A DNA stretch of 63,706 nucleotides, filler included, from Octopus bimaculoides (GCF_001194135.2; 4 parts of 4 records of this genome joined end to end with filler, not necessarily neighbours in it), one strand, 5' to 3'. Positions 13,270 through 24,632 are shown, counted from the first letter of the whole stretch. Program-made: numbers and translations. Notes: a model not told the origin generated them from the letters alone.

Positions 13270-13516
13270 GTACAATAGAGACGTGATGTGTGGTGAATGG
13301 CTGCTGCCAAAGACGAAGTGAGGCCGAATACAAGGGTTTTTATAACCCTGGGTTGGCTCCAGAGACAAAGCGGTCTTTCCCGTGTTGAAAACAAACTGTT
13401 GCAAACAGGCGATTGGACATGCAACTAGTTTTGCAAGCCACTGAATCACGTGATTCGATGGAAAGAAAAGGTCTGGTGAGCCCACTCTGCGGTATTTAAG
13501 CTTAAACGACCAAACA

Positions 13517-13524
13517 TATAAAAG
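13517..13524 (+). promoter_or_regulatory. TATA-like box (TATAAAAG), with an upstream palindromic ATCACGTGAT E-box and a reverse CCAAT
   Basis: Motifs seen directly, about 260 bp upstream of astacin exon 13785; function untested. Confidence 0.25.
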
Positions 13525-13784
13525 CATTACACACTTCTGCTACAAAATTAATAATTCAATCTTAGTAAAAACTGTAGAGCAGATGTAAACTCCTGGTGAG
13601 CCAAATCCACAACACAGTTTTAACACTCGGTAGTATAGAATATTGTCCTGTCTCCCACGCGCGTCATCTGGGAAAGGCACGAATATTACAAATTCTAAAT
13701 CATGTCTCTTACAAATTGTACTTTTACTCGTACTCCTATGTAACTATACATTCATGAGCAAAAGTTTTTTTTCGTTTTTCACAG

Positions 13785-13941
13785 GTGGTGTATTATTGTC
13801 AACCAAGCTTCACCGTTCCTTTGCCCCCATCAGACATTGGCAAGAATTACAAAATTAGTAAGGAAGGAATTGGTATAATAGGGCCATACAGCAATAAATC
13901 AATTGACCAGCTAATTACGGGAGCACTCGGTGGAATCGGAA
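13785..13941 (+). CDS. Astacin-family metalloprotease exon: end of signal peptide and start of propeptide
   Basis: Acceptor tttttcacag, donor gtaagt. Only one frame is open: VVYYCQPSFTVPLPPSDIGKNYKISKEGIGIIGPYSNKSIDQLITGALGGIG. Its phase-1 end matches the next exon. Confidence 0.78.
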
Positions 13942-14002
13942 GTAAGTATCATTAAATTTTGCTGTTTTAGTGTTAAACACACACATGTACATACACACAT
14001 AC

Positions 14003-14045
<43 letters not shown>

Positions 14046-14727
14046 NNNNNNNNNNNNNNNNNNNNNNNNNNNNNNNNNNNNNNNNNNNNNNNNNNNNNNN
14101 NNNNNNNNNNNNNNNNNNNNNNNNNNNNNNNNNNNNNNNNNNNNNNNNNNNNNNNNNNNNNNNNNNNNNNNNNNNNNNNNNNNNNNNNNNNNNNNNNNNN
14201 NNNNNNNNNNNNNNNNNNNNNNNNNNNNNNNNNNNNNNNNNNNNNNNNNNNNNNNNNNNNNNNNNNNNNNNNNNNNNNNNNNNNNNNNNNNNNNNNNNNN
14301 NNNNNNNNNNNNNNNNNNNNNNNNNNNNNNNNNNNNNNNNNNNNNNNNNNNNNNNNNNNNNNNNNNNNNNNNNNNNNNNNNNNNNNNNNNNNNNNNNNNN
14401 NNNNNNNNNNNNNNNNNNNNNNNNNNNNNNNNNNNNNNNNNNNNNNNNNNNNNNNNNNNNNNNNNNNNNNNNNNNNNNNNNNNNNNNNNNNNNNNNNNNN
14501 NNNNNNNNNNNNNNNNNNNNNNNNNNNNNNNNNNNNNNNNNNNNNNNNNNNNNNNNNNNNNNNNNNNNNNNNNNNNNNNNNNNNNNNNNNNNNNNNNNNN
14601 NNNNNNNNNNNNNNNNNNNNNNNNNNNNNNNNNNNNNNNNNNNNNNNNNNNNNNNNNNNNNNNNNNNNNNNNNNNNNNNNNNNNNNNNNNNNNNNNNNNN
14701 NNNNNNNNNNNNNNNNNNNNNNNNNNN

Positions 14728-14830
14728 CTAGGCTTCCAAACAATAAGTCCTGGGGTCGATTTGCTCGACTAAAAGGCGGTGCTCCAGTATGGCCGCAGTC
14801 AAATGACTGAAAAAAGTAAAAGAGAGTAAA
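14728..14830 (+). mobile_element. SINE family C 3' end
   Basis: aataagtcctggggtcgatttgctcgactaaaaggcggtgctccag...; the 5' part lies in the gap. Confidence 0.8.
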
Positions 14831-15255
14831 GAATATACATACATACATACATACATAAATACATACATACATATAATAATATTAATTAACAGGAGATGGA
14901 TTCAGTATTAAACCTTTATTGGGTACAACATATTTTTCGGCCCATCAGTCGGGGTCTAATCAAGTACATCGATAAAGATATGTCTCACTACAAACTTTTA
15001 GTGTCGGCTGGCTTGTTGTTATATGCCCATCAAGTTAAGGAATGAATAAAAGCAAATAATATTACAGAAACGCAAAAAATTCAAATATGAACGTGGAAAT
15101 CTTGCATTCCAGTTCAGATAGAATTACCTAATCAGCTTTCGCTGTCATAACTGCTTAAAGGAAAAAGAAAATAGGAGAAAGGAAGACCAACACTTAGTCA
15201 AGTAGTTTTATGTTCATGCATATACATACAGACCGTGGTACATACACATACACAC

Positions 15256-15302
<47 letters not shown>

Positions 15303-15410
15303 TATACATATATGCATACACACATACACATATATTCATATACATATGCATATATGCATACAAACACATATATGTAAGTACATACATTCGCATATATATA
15401 TATAATAATA

Positions 15411-15950
15411 ATAATATTAGGAAATAAATTATTATTCCAACCTTACAGGTAAAATTCAGTATAATAATATTAGACCGAATTTTGTAATATATAATATATG
15501 TATATAACTAATTTAGAGACGAACCATCATTCCACAACTCAATCAATGAAGAACCCGTCCAAAACCATGCTGTGAGACATATACCATACAAAATACTAAT
15601 CTAAAATTTTAATAATATATAATATTGAACAGTAAGATTATTACAATCATATAATATATAAGAGCAAATACTTTTATAATCACAGCTATACCATACAAAG
15701 AAACAGTCATCATAAAGATATTAATCTAAAAATCAAATAAAGTATAAATTGAACAATAAAAATTAATACAATAATATAATGTATAAAAGTAAGTACTTGT
15801 ACATCGACTACGCACGTTTCATGGCTGAATTAGGACTATATAAAATCATATAAGAAAACGATATCCAAGTTAATTTCTTATATGATTTTATATAGTCCTA
15901 ATTCAACCATGAAATGCGCATAGTCGATGTACAAGTACTTACTTTTCTAC
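15411..15950. mobile_element. Penelope-like terminal-repeat remnant ending in a 77-bp-arm fold-back
   Basis: 15503-15805 is the reverse complement of 26631-26925. 15781-15857 pairs with 15874-15950. The Penelope assignment is inferred from an HHR-like GAAAC-NNNN-GTA half-motif and the related 17935-18300 fragment. Confidence 0.6.
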
Positions 15951-15984
15951 GCGCGTTGAAATTGTTTAGGAATTTATAGAGAGT

Positions 15985-16225
15985 GGAGCTGAGTGGCTTA
16001 GTTGTTCGAGTGTTGGATTCATGATCGTAAGATTTTGGTTTCGATTCCTGGACCGGGCGACGCGTTTTGTCCTTGAGCCAAGCACTTCATTTCACGTTGT
16101 TCCAGTCCACTCAGCTGGCAAAAATGAGTAATCCTGCGATAGACTGGCGTCCCGTCCAAGTGGGGAATTTATACGCCGCAAAAACCATGAAACCGACCCT
16201 TATGAGTCGGTATGACTAGAAAAAG
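15985..16225 (+). mobile_element. tRNA-derived SINE family D
   Basis: Homologous to 4586-4830 over its full length. Confidence 0.85.
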
Positions 16226-17245
16226 AAACTTTACAACGATAAATAACTGTTCCTGTTAATTTGGTATGAAAGTCACACCTCTGGATAAAACACAGAATTA
16301 ATAATTGTGATTATAGAACTCTCAGCCAACTCAATTTTAAGATATTCTTTCAAAAACGTAGATCTTCTTAAGATGTTTTTTTTTTAACTTCAAGCACCGT
16401 TGCCTAATATCTCTTTTATAATTCCACGTCATTGCTCGACTTGATAGAAAAAGCAACCAGCTTTCCTACAAATCTGAACGTAATATGCTCGAAAAGTGGG
16501 ACACATTTGATGTGATACTGAGTCCATTGTAGTTCGGAAAAAAGTCATGATGACCGTTGTTTTCAACAACTTAGTCACTTGCGGAGGGGAAGCGCTGAAG
16601 TGTTTTTAAGAACTTCCATACTTGATGAAAGGAAAGGAGGGAGTTTTTTTAAGCCCATGGTTGCAACTGAAATATCTTTAACCATGTGTCTGTACAATCT
16701 AGGCCGAGCTGGAGTTAATCAACAATAATGACTTTTATATAACAGCAAATGTTAGGAATCGAGTATTTTCTAACAGTATATGTTATAGATGCTTTCCAGC
16801 TGAAAATACTGTCTTTACAACTTTATCCTTATATTGTTTTATTGTTTTCATTTATTGGACTGAGATAGTAATATATATCTAGATTCGCCCTATGACTGGC
16901 TCTTTTATTATTGATTTCAAAATGAAGGCAGGAAAAACAGATATGGGCGGGATTTAAACTAAAAAAAAAAGAAGGAATGCACAAAAATCAAATAATTGCA
17001 AGAGATTTTGACCTACACTCTCTCGATTCTGACACCCACAGTCGTATAAACCTGGAAAAAAGAAGAGACGGGTTGGTCGCGACTGGAATGCTTTTCATCA
17101 TAGGTTTACTTGTTTTAGACTGCTTCAGGCTGAACAGCAACATTCATCTGCACACTTCAGTTAATATAAAAGGTTTAAAAATTATAAAAACAAAATATTG
17201 CAAAATGCTCAGAGTCGCCTCTGTTATAATTCAATATCATTTCAG

Positions 17246-17348
17246 AGGCTGCCAACAGTATTGTCGGTGCAAATGGATCGATTCTTGCTGAACTGGATAT
17301 GATGTTGAATATTGAGCAGTTTAACGATTTGTATGAAGTTCCAAACAC
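17246..17348 (+). CDS. Astacin exon: propeptide with ELDMML aspartate-switch-like motif
   Basis: catttcag|AG GCT GCC...AAC AC|gtgagt gives KAANSIVGANGSILAELDMMLNIEQFNDLYEVPNT; phases 1 and 2 fit the neighbouring exons. Confidence 0.88.
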
Positions 17349-17402
17349 GTGAGTATATATATTCGATCATTAAATCGTAGAAAACTAGAAAAGTCATTTT
17401 CT

Positions 17403-17463
<61 letters not shown>

Positions 17464-17934
17464 CATGCACACACACGTATGCATGATACAGGTAGGTAGG
17501 TATGTAGTTGTATGTATATATTAGCATGAAAATGCGGGTGTAGGGATGATGATATTCTTAATTGAGCTTGGAAAAGTAGGGAATAAGAAGTGGAAGCTAT
17601 TATAAGGGAAAGGAAGATAGTGTCTAAAATGAAGCAATTGCAAATGTGCTTGAATTTATGTGGATTAAGTGCAGTGAATGTAGGGCTTTCTACTTACGTA
17701 ATAGAAACTTTTTCATGTGTTTACTTTTTCGATTTCTCTTATTTTAGTTGTTGATTTTCCCTCTTCAAGTTGTGCACAGATTACATCGCTTGCTTCTAAT
17801 TCTAATTTTCCATTTTGTCGTATAAAACCCAGTGTAAAAATGATATAGAAATATTACATAATATGATAGAGGTTAAGCTTTAGAAAATACTTTCTAACCA
17901 TGCATTGTCCATTAAACATGCAGATAATATGCAC

Positions 17935-18300
17935 ATAATATGCACAACGAAATTCGCCGACTACATCTGGAAACTAAAGGATAAAACATCGGATCACATG
18001 ATTAAATGGAAAAAAAGAAAAAGCAGTCACCTGGTGATCGTAGCTGCGTGAAACTCGAGTCACGAGAAAACTGAATTCTCCTTCACTATTCAGTATACTC
18101 TGTCATATACTAAAAACTCACTCTCGTTTATTACAGATGTATTTAAAAATATATTTATCTCAAAGCATAGCAGGTTAAAGATGAGTACTAGACCAAGACT
18201 TTCTTTCAAAACTTGTATATACTAGGAAAAATCCATAGCAAAGGACATATAGCATTTCCTCTTTTGTATACTATCAGTTTCTTATATATCATTTTCTATC
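17935..18300 (+). mobile_element. Penelope-like element fragment: GIY-YIG C-terminal remnant plus decayed hammerhead
   Basis: TKFADYIWKLKDKTSDHMIKWK resembles the Penelope endonuclease motif LSKYIWxLKDxxxxYxIKW. It is followed by CTGGTGA-stem-GAAAC-TCGA-GTC at 18031-18061. Confidence 0.6.
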
Positions 18301-18329
18301 TTTTATTTTATATTTTTTCCAACTTTTAG

Positions 18330-18430
18330 AGAATCGGAACCCATCCGCAAAAGGCGAAAAGCAGTTCGCAACGAGAAGTTTCGCTGGACAAACGGTATCA
18401 TCCCTTACGAATTCGATCCATATGATTTCT
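18330..18430 (+). CDS. Astacin exon: furin-type cleavage site and N-terminus of the catalytic domain
   Basis: aacttttag|A GAA TCG...TTC T|gtaagt gives ESEPIRKRRKAVRNEKFRWTNGIIPYEFDPYDFS (RKRR site; W-x-x-G-x-IPY motif). Confidence 0.92.
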
Positions 18431-18845
18431 GTAAGTACTAAGCTTATATTTTGACTGGAATAATATCCGACTATTTAAAAGTTTATTAAAACTATATCTA
18501 TGGTGGATCGTTTGATCGAAAACCATACTAGACTGACAGGCTGGAGGCTCACTATGGATCACATCTGATTTATGAGTGTCAACAATGGACCAATACATTT
18601 TACTTAAACTTGTTTAATGTATAACAGATATTAAAATGTCACGTCAATGATATAAAAACAAAATAAAATTTTCTTCTTTTGTGTATTGGTCGTAAGATAT
18701 GTCGTCTGACCTTTACATTTGGCAACGTGATACGTTGTCTACGTTTTTTCATTTGGCTTGTATTATGTCATCTGCTCTTTTCATTTGGTTACGGGAAATG
18801 TCGACTGCCCTTTCTATTTATTAAACTAATATAGTGTCTCTCAGG

Positions 18846-19001
18846 CAGGACCGTCTCACGAATATTAAAGGTCCTCATTCAGAGCAATACGTTGGGCGTC
18901 CCCCACTACACAACCACAGCATACATAGATTAGCATTAAGCTCCTAGACTTGTGGGGCACCGGTTAATTGCCCAGTGTATCCATGCTTTAAAACGGCACT
19001 G
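18846..19001. mobile_element. hAT-type MITE (156 bp)
   Basis: Termini CAGGACCGT and ACGGCACTG are imperfectly inverted; flanked by an 8-bp TSD, CTCTCAGG / CTCTCAGT (7 of 8 match). Confidence 0.7.
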
Positions 19002-19639
19002 CTCTCAGTCAGCAAAATTCTTCAAAGAAATTAGAAGTGCTCTGCTCAAAATGCCGGACGTTATCTATCCCCCTAGTACAGACAATATTCGTATTTTCCA
19101 TATGAAATTAACTGATTTTTGACAATTCCGATAATTACTACTTTCTCAGATTTCAAGTGATTTCCTTACATGTCATTTTATCGATCTCTTTATGTTTGTA
19201 AGCGTGTCTTTTTTAACTTCTCCCACCTCCCCATAAAATCATATGTTCTGATATCATTATATTCTGTCACTTTATCTCTACCTTTCCCCCACTCACAAAA
19301 GTTGTTATGATCCGCTGTTGCTCTCTCTCTCTCTCTCTTTGTCTCTCTCTCTCTCTCACACACACACACCCTCTTTTTCCTCTCTTTCTTAAGTTACGTT
19401 TATCTCTCACACCCACGTCCACACATACACATTAACTACATCTCCACAGCCAATATTCACAATATTCACAAATATACAGATTAACATTCACAAATATATA
19501 TTGTCTTGTGAAATTACGCCCACGATGTAGCATTTAGCAGTTTGAGGTAAGAACAGTGCCAACCAGTTTTGTTGCTATTTAACAATTTATGAGGATTCAT
19601 TTACCTCTCTTTCCTAAACCCAGGAGATGTTTCTGTGTG

Positions 19640-20050
19640 TGTATACACACACACACACACACACACAGAGGTACACACACAAACACACCCAGACACACTC
19701 TCACACACAGAGACACACTCTCACACACAGAGACACACTCTCACATACACAGACCCACTCTCACACACAGACACACTCACACATACAGGCGCACAGGCGC
19801 ACACACACACACACACAAGCGTACACGTACACACAGGCGTACACATACACACAGGCGCATACACACACAGGCGCGCACATACACGCACAGGCGCACACAT
19901 ACACACAGGCGCACACATACACACAGGGGCACACATTCACACAAGGGCACACATACACACAGGCGCAAACATACACACAGGCGCACACACACAAACGCGC
20001 GCACACACACAGGCGCACACACACACACACACACGCACGCACACACTCAT
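19640..20050. repeat. CA-derived compound minisatellite (about 20-bp and 18-bp units)
   Basis: Units like AGAGACACACTCTCACACAC, then ACACACAGGCGCACACAT. Confidence 0.85.
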
Positions 20051-20741
20051 ACAGCCTAAATACCAATCTTGAGAAATTAGGCTCCTCAAAACCAGAAAGG
20101 AGAAAACCGATCCGAAGACTGCAGGTCTAATCCTTCACTAGTAGTGTAAAAATCAGTAAAACTTTCCAGAAGTTTATCATTTAAATGTATATGAGCATAT
20201 CTAGATATGCAACTATATGCATGAGAATACATACATAAAACAAAACATACAAATCTACACATACGCATACATATATGCATACATACGTACGTACGTACAA
20301 AAGTACCATTGTTGTTGAAATTCCAATGAAGGAACCTTGGACCTAGATTAGAAGCCAGCTGTTACTCTATTGACAAGAAATTTTGAAATAAAACTGAATA
20401 ATGACATACCTACATACATACATACATACATAAACACGCACATGTATGTATGTATGTATGTATGTATGTATGTATGTATGTATGTATGTATGTATGTATG
20501 TATCACTGGAATTCACTGAGAACTGTGCCAATCATCAAATAAATACTCGAGAAATTTTATGGTTGATGAAGTCGAACCATTGTATTATGATTCCAGTTTT
20601 GATGAATTCGGATATGTGATTGACGAGACAGACCTCACTATTAGAACATAATTCGATGAAAGTAAATACTGTCATCATTTTTAAAATCATTTATATAACG
20701 AAATTAACGAAAATATTTTTCTTTCTGTTTGTTTATAATAG

Positions 20742-20862
20742 CGGTAAAGGACCTTTATTTCATTAAACGCGCCTTAACTGAATGGGAAAGATACACTTGT
20801 CTCAAGTTTGTACCTGCAAGAGAGACTGACAAGAACAGAATTCTCTTTAGACACGGCAGTGG
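20742..20862 (+). CDS. Astacin exon: catalytic domain
   Basis: tttataatag|CG GTA...AGT GG|gtgagt gives SVKDLYFIKRALTEWERYTCLKFVPARETDKNRILFRHGSG (W-x-x-x-TCLKF motif). Confidence 0.93.
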
Positions 20863-20999
20863 GTGAGTAGTATTGTATCTCTACAAACGTACAGCATGGT
20901 ACTATATTTCTTTCTTTTTTTTTTAATTTACATCTCAAATGGTGGAGGATCTAGGTATCTGCAATTTTGCTTAGGAACACATACGAAATATTGCTTTCA

Positions 21000-21205
21000 A
21001 ATTTTGGCACAAAGCCAACAATTTTGAGGGAGTGGTAAATTGTTTACATCGACACCAAGTACTCAATAACTGGTACTTATTTTATCGAACCCGAAAGGAT
21101 GAAAGGCAAAGTCGATGTCGGTGGAATTTAAAATCAGGACGTAAAGAAGAACAAAATCCCGCTAAGCATTTTGCCTGGCGTGCTAAGGATTCAACTAGCT
21201 CGACG
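21000..21205 (-). mobile_element. SINE family A
   Basis: tactggtacttattttatcgaacccgaaaggatgaaaggcaaagtcga (reverse of the family motif). Confidence 0.82.
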
Positions 21206-21846
21206 TCTTCTCGGAGCACATATGTTCAAGGAGAATATCACAGGCTATGTCACTTTTTCTTATGCGTTATATTCAGACGAGAAAGATTGTTAGAAACAGT
21301 TCAGTACTGGAAATGAAGGATACCAGTATTTCTTCGAATCAGTAAAAATAGTGTTGTCTCTGAGGTTTTGAAAAACTGACCGCGAGTTGAATAATATTCT
21401 TGATCTTATCAAGCTTTATATNNNNNNNNNNNNNNNNNNNNNNNNNNNNNNNNNNNNNNNNNNNNNNNNNNNNNNNNNNNNNNNNNNNNNNNNNNNNNNN
21501 NNNNNNNNNNNNNNNNNNNNNNNNNNNNNNNNNNNNNNNNNNNNNNNNNNNNNNNNNNNNNNNNNNNNNNNNNNNNNNNNNNNNNNNNNNNNNNNNNNNN
21601 NNNNNNNNNNNNNNNNNNNNNNNNNNNNNNNNNNNNNNNNNNNNNNNNNNNNNNNNNNNNNNNNNNNNNNNNNNNNNNNNNNNNNNNNNNNNNNNNNNNN
21701 NNNNNNNNNNNNNNNNNNNNNNNNNNNNNNNNNNNNNNNNNNNNNNNNNNNNNNNNNNNNNNNNNNNNNNNNNNNNNNNNNNNNNNNNNNNNNNNNNNNN
21801 NNNNNNNNNNNNNNNNNNNNNNNNNNNNNNNNNNNNNNNNNNNNNN

Positions 21847-22795
21847 GGGCGACAGTTAGCCTATCTTTCATAGGCTTGTGGCATGGCATTTTCTTCTCTG
21901 CAGTTATGTAGGTTCTTCTGTGCATTTTTTATCAAAAAAGGTCATCACAGTTGAATATCTGTTTTGCGATGTACTCCTCCGCTGCGATGAGATGACGGAA
22001 TTCACGCACGAAATCCTCAGCTGCCTTCGAGTCAGAACTTGCTGCTTCACCATACCCGACGACGCTCTAAACACCAGTCCTCTTCTTGAAATTGTCGAAC
22101 TAGCCGCGATTGGCCTTAAATACATCTGCTGCTGTCTTCTCCGGCGATGTTCTAGGGCTCTGCTTCAGGAGAGCCCCATATAGCACTCGTGCTTTCTCGC
22201 AGATGATGGTTACCGTAACCGTATACCCTGCGAATTGCTTTTCGCCGATCCAGAAGTGAAGTAATCTTTCGTGGACAGATTTACGTTGCTTAGAAAACCT
22301 CGAGACACCCTTTGCTATCGTAACAGCCTTGGTCTCGTCCTTTTTCTTCAAGATGATGCAGATCATCGACGTGCTTCTGTCATATTGACGTGCTGTGTGC
22401 ACTACACGCACTCCTCTCTCATGTTTATCAATGATTTCCTTCTTCAATTCTATTGTAATCAGCTTTTTCTTCTCAGCACTGTCCTTCGCACTAACTTTCT
22501 TAGGACCCATAGCTAACACAACTAATTATTACAAAATAATAGCAACAAAAAACCCCCACAAAACTAAAAAAAACCCCACTGGAAACAGCACAATAGGGAA
22601 GCTGCGAAGTGATAAACACTTGAACTGAGTGAGCAATGGCTGCGCTTGTTGGGAGAGCGTGTGCGAGCTCATCGCCGACTAGCAATCGCTTGTATGAAAC
22701 TCGCTTGTACTCCGGATTTCCACTTGTACTTCAAGACAGAAAGTCGTCTAAGTCTCGGCTCGTACAACAAATTATTCGTACAATGGGGTACTCGT
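21847..22795 (-). mobile_element. Tigger/pogo-like DNA transposon, 5' part (pseudogenised transposase)
   Basis: MGPKKVSAKDSAEKKKLITIELKKEIIDKHERGVRV...ICEKAR...VFKANRG (HTH-psq plus CENP-B HTH). A frameshift leads to ...IFNCDD...RTYITAE...HKPMKDRLT. Both ends are cut by gaps. Confidence 0.9.
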
Positions 22796-23647
22796 NNNNN
22801 NNNNNNNNNNNNNNNNNNNNNNNNNNNNNNNNNNNNNNNNNNNNNNNNNNNNNNNNNNNNNNNNNNNNNNNNNNNNNNNNNNNNNNNNNNNNNNNNNNNN
22901 NNNNNNNNNNNNNNNNNNNNNNNNNNNNNNNNNNNNNNNNNNNNNNNNNNNNNNNNNNNNNNNNNNNNNNNNNNNNNNNNNNNNNNNNNNNNNNNNNNNN
23001 NNNNNNNNNNNNNNNNNNNNNNNNNNNNNNNNNNNNNNNNNNNNNNNNNNNNNNNNNNNNNNNNNNNNNNNNNNNNNNNNNNNNNNNNNNNNNNNNNNNN
23101 NNNNNNNNNNNNNNNNNNNNNNNNNNNNNNNNNNNNNNNNNNNNNNNNNNNNNNNNNNNNNNNNNNNNNNNNNNNNNNNNNNNNNNNNNNNNNNNNNNNN
23201 NNNNNNNNNNNNNNNNNNNNNNNNNNNNNNNNNNNNNNNNNNNNNNNNNNNNNNNNNNNNNNNNNNNNNNNNNNNNNNNNNNNNNNNNNNNNNNNNNNNN
23301 NNNNNNNNNNNNNNNNNNNNNNNNNNNNNNNNNNNNNNNNNNNNNNNNNNNNNNNNNNNNNNNNNNNNNNNNNNNNNNNNNNNNNNNNNNNNNNNNNNNN
23401 NNNNNNNNNNNNNNNNNNNNNNNNNNNNNNNNNNNNNNNNNNNNNNNNNNNNNNNNNNNNNNNNNNNNNNNNNNNNNNNNNNNNNNNNNNNNNNNNNNNN
23501 NNNNNNNNNNNNNNNNNNNNNNNNNNNNNNNNNNNNNNNNNNNNNNTATATATATATATATGTGCGTGTATATATATGTGAGTGTATATATGAATATTTA
23601 TATATACATATATTAGCCCTCTGAACTTTTTAGACCCCCTTCTAAAC

Positions 23648-23771
23648 TCTCTGATGAAGCCTAGAGGCACACCTAAGTACCCTAATTTTATCTACTGATC
23701 ACAACAGTACACTGAAAAGATGGAAATAACATGTGGGGTACTGTGACCTCTTGGCAGAAACAGCTGTAAGA
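23648..23771 (+). ncRNA. Minimal type I hammerhead ribozyme motif (Penelope-type) with extended stem II
   Basis: TCT-CTGATGA(23651-57)-A-GCCTAGAGG...CCTCTTGGC-A-GAAAC(23757-61)-AGCT-GTA(23766-68)-AGA. All core nucleotides are present and stems I, II and III can form. Confidence 0.75.
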
Positions 23772-23834
23772 AACTGTTTTTCTATTATAGAAATTACTGA
23801 TATTTATTTATGTATGTAAAGCATAATCTTTACG

Positions 23835-24245
23835 CAGGAGTGGCTATGTGGTAAGTAGCTTGCTTACCAACCACATGGTTCTGGGTTCAGTCCCACTGCG
23901 TGGCACCTTGGGCAAGTGTCTTCTACTATAGCCTCGGGCCGACCAAAGCCTTGTAAGTGGATTTGATAGACGGAAACTGAAAGAAGCCCGTCGTATATAT
24001 GTATATATATATGTGTATGTGTGTGTATATGTTTGTGTGTCTGTGTTTGTCCCCCAACTTCGCTTGACACCGATGCTGGTGTGTTTACATCCGCGTAACT
24101 TAGCGGTTCAGCAAAAAGAGCCCGATAGAATAAGTACTAGGCTTACAAAGAATAAGTCCTGGGGTCGATTTGCTCGACTAAAAGGTGGTGCTCCAGCATG
24201 GCCGCAGTCAAATTACTGAAACAAGTAAAAGAGTAATAAAAGAGT
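23835..24245 (+). mobile_element. tRNA-derived SINE family C, near full length
   Basis: A box tggctatgtgg, B box ggttcagtcc, CORE-like ccttgggcaagt, internal (TA/TG)n, and 3' gaaacaagtaaaagag. Confidence 0.92.
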
Positions 24246-24632
24246 ATGTATATATATTGTCATAATTGTTTAAAATGGACATAATGTAATGTCTAACAGT
24301 TGATGCATACTATCTCTGGATCCTCTCCATTTTCTTTTTGCCGTATAAATTAAGGGTAAACCACTTTTTACCTTCGCCAATTTAGTACGCTCGATAGTGT
24401 AATTGCCACGCAATAACCAACACTTGTGTATTAATAATTGGGTATATTACCAGCACTATATTTGAATAGATACTATCCCTTAGTTGGATGGATTCACAAC
24501 CGCTAACTCTCTTTGAATTATATATATATATACACACACACATATACACTCACATATACACACATAGACACGACTTATTTTGTTTAATTTTTCATAAGTA
24601 TAAATAATAACTGCCTGTCTTTTACTTCTCAG

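Noticed and set aside
18685-18815. CRISPR-like periodicity
   Set aside because: The units are degenerate tandem repeats with no repeat/spacer alternation, no cas genes, and a eukaryotic context.
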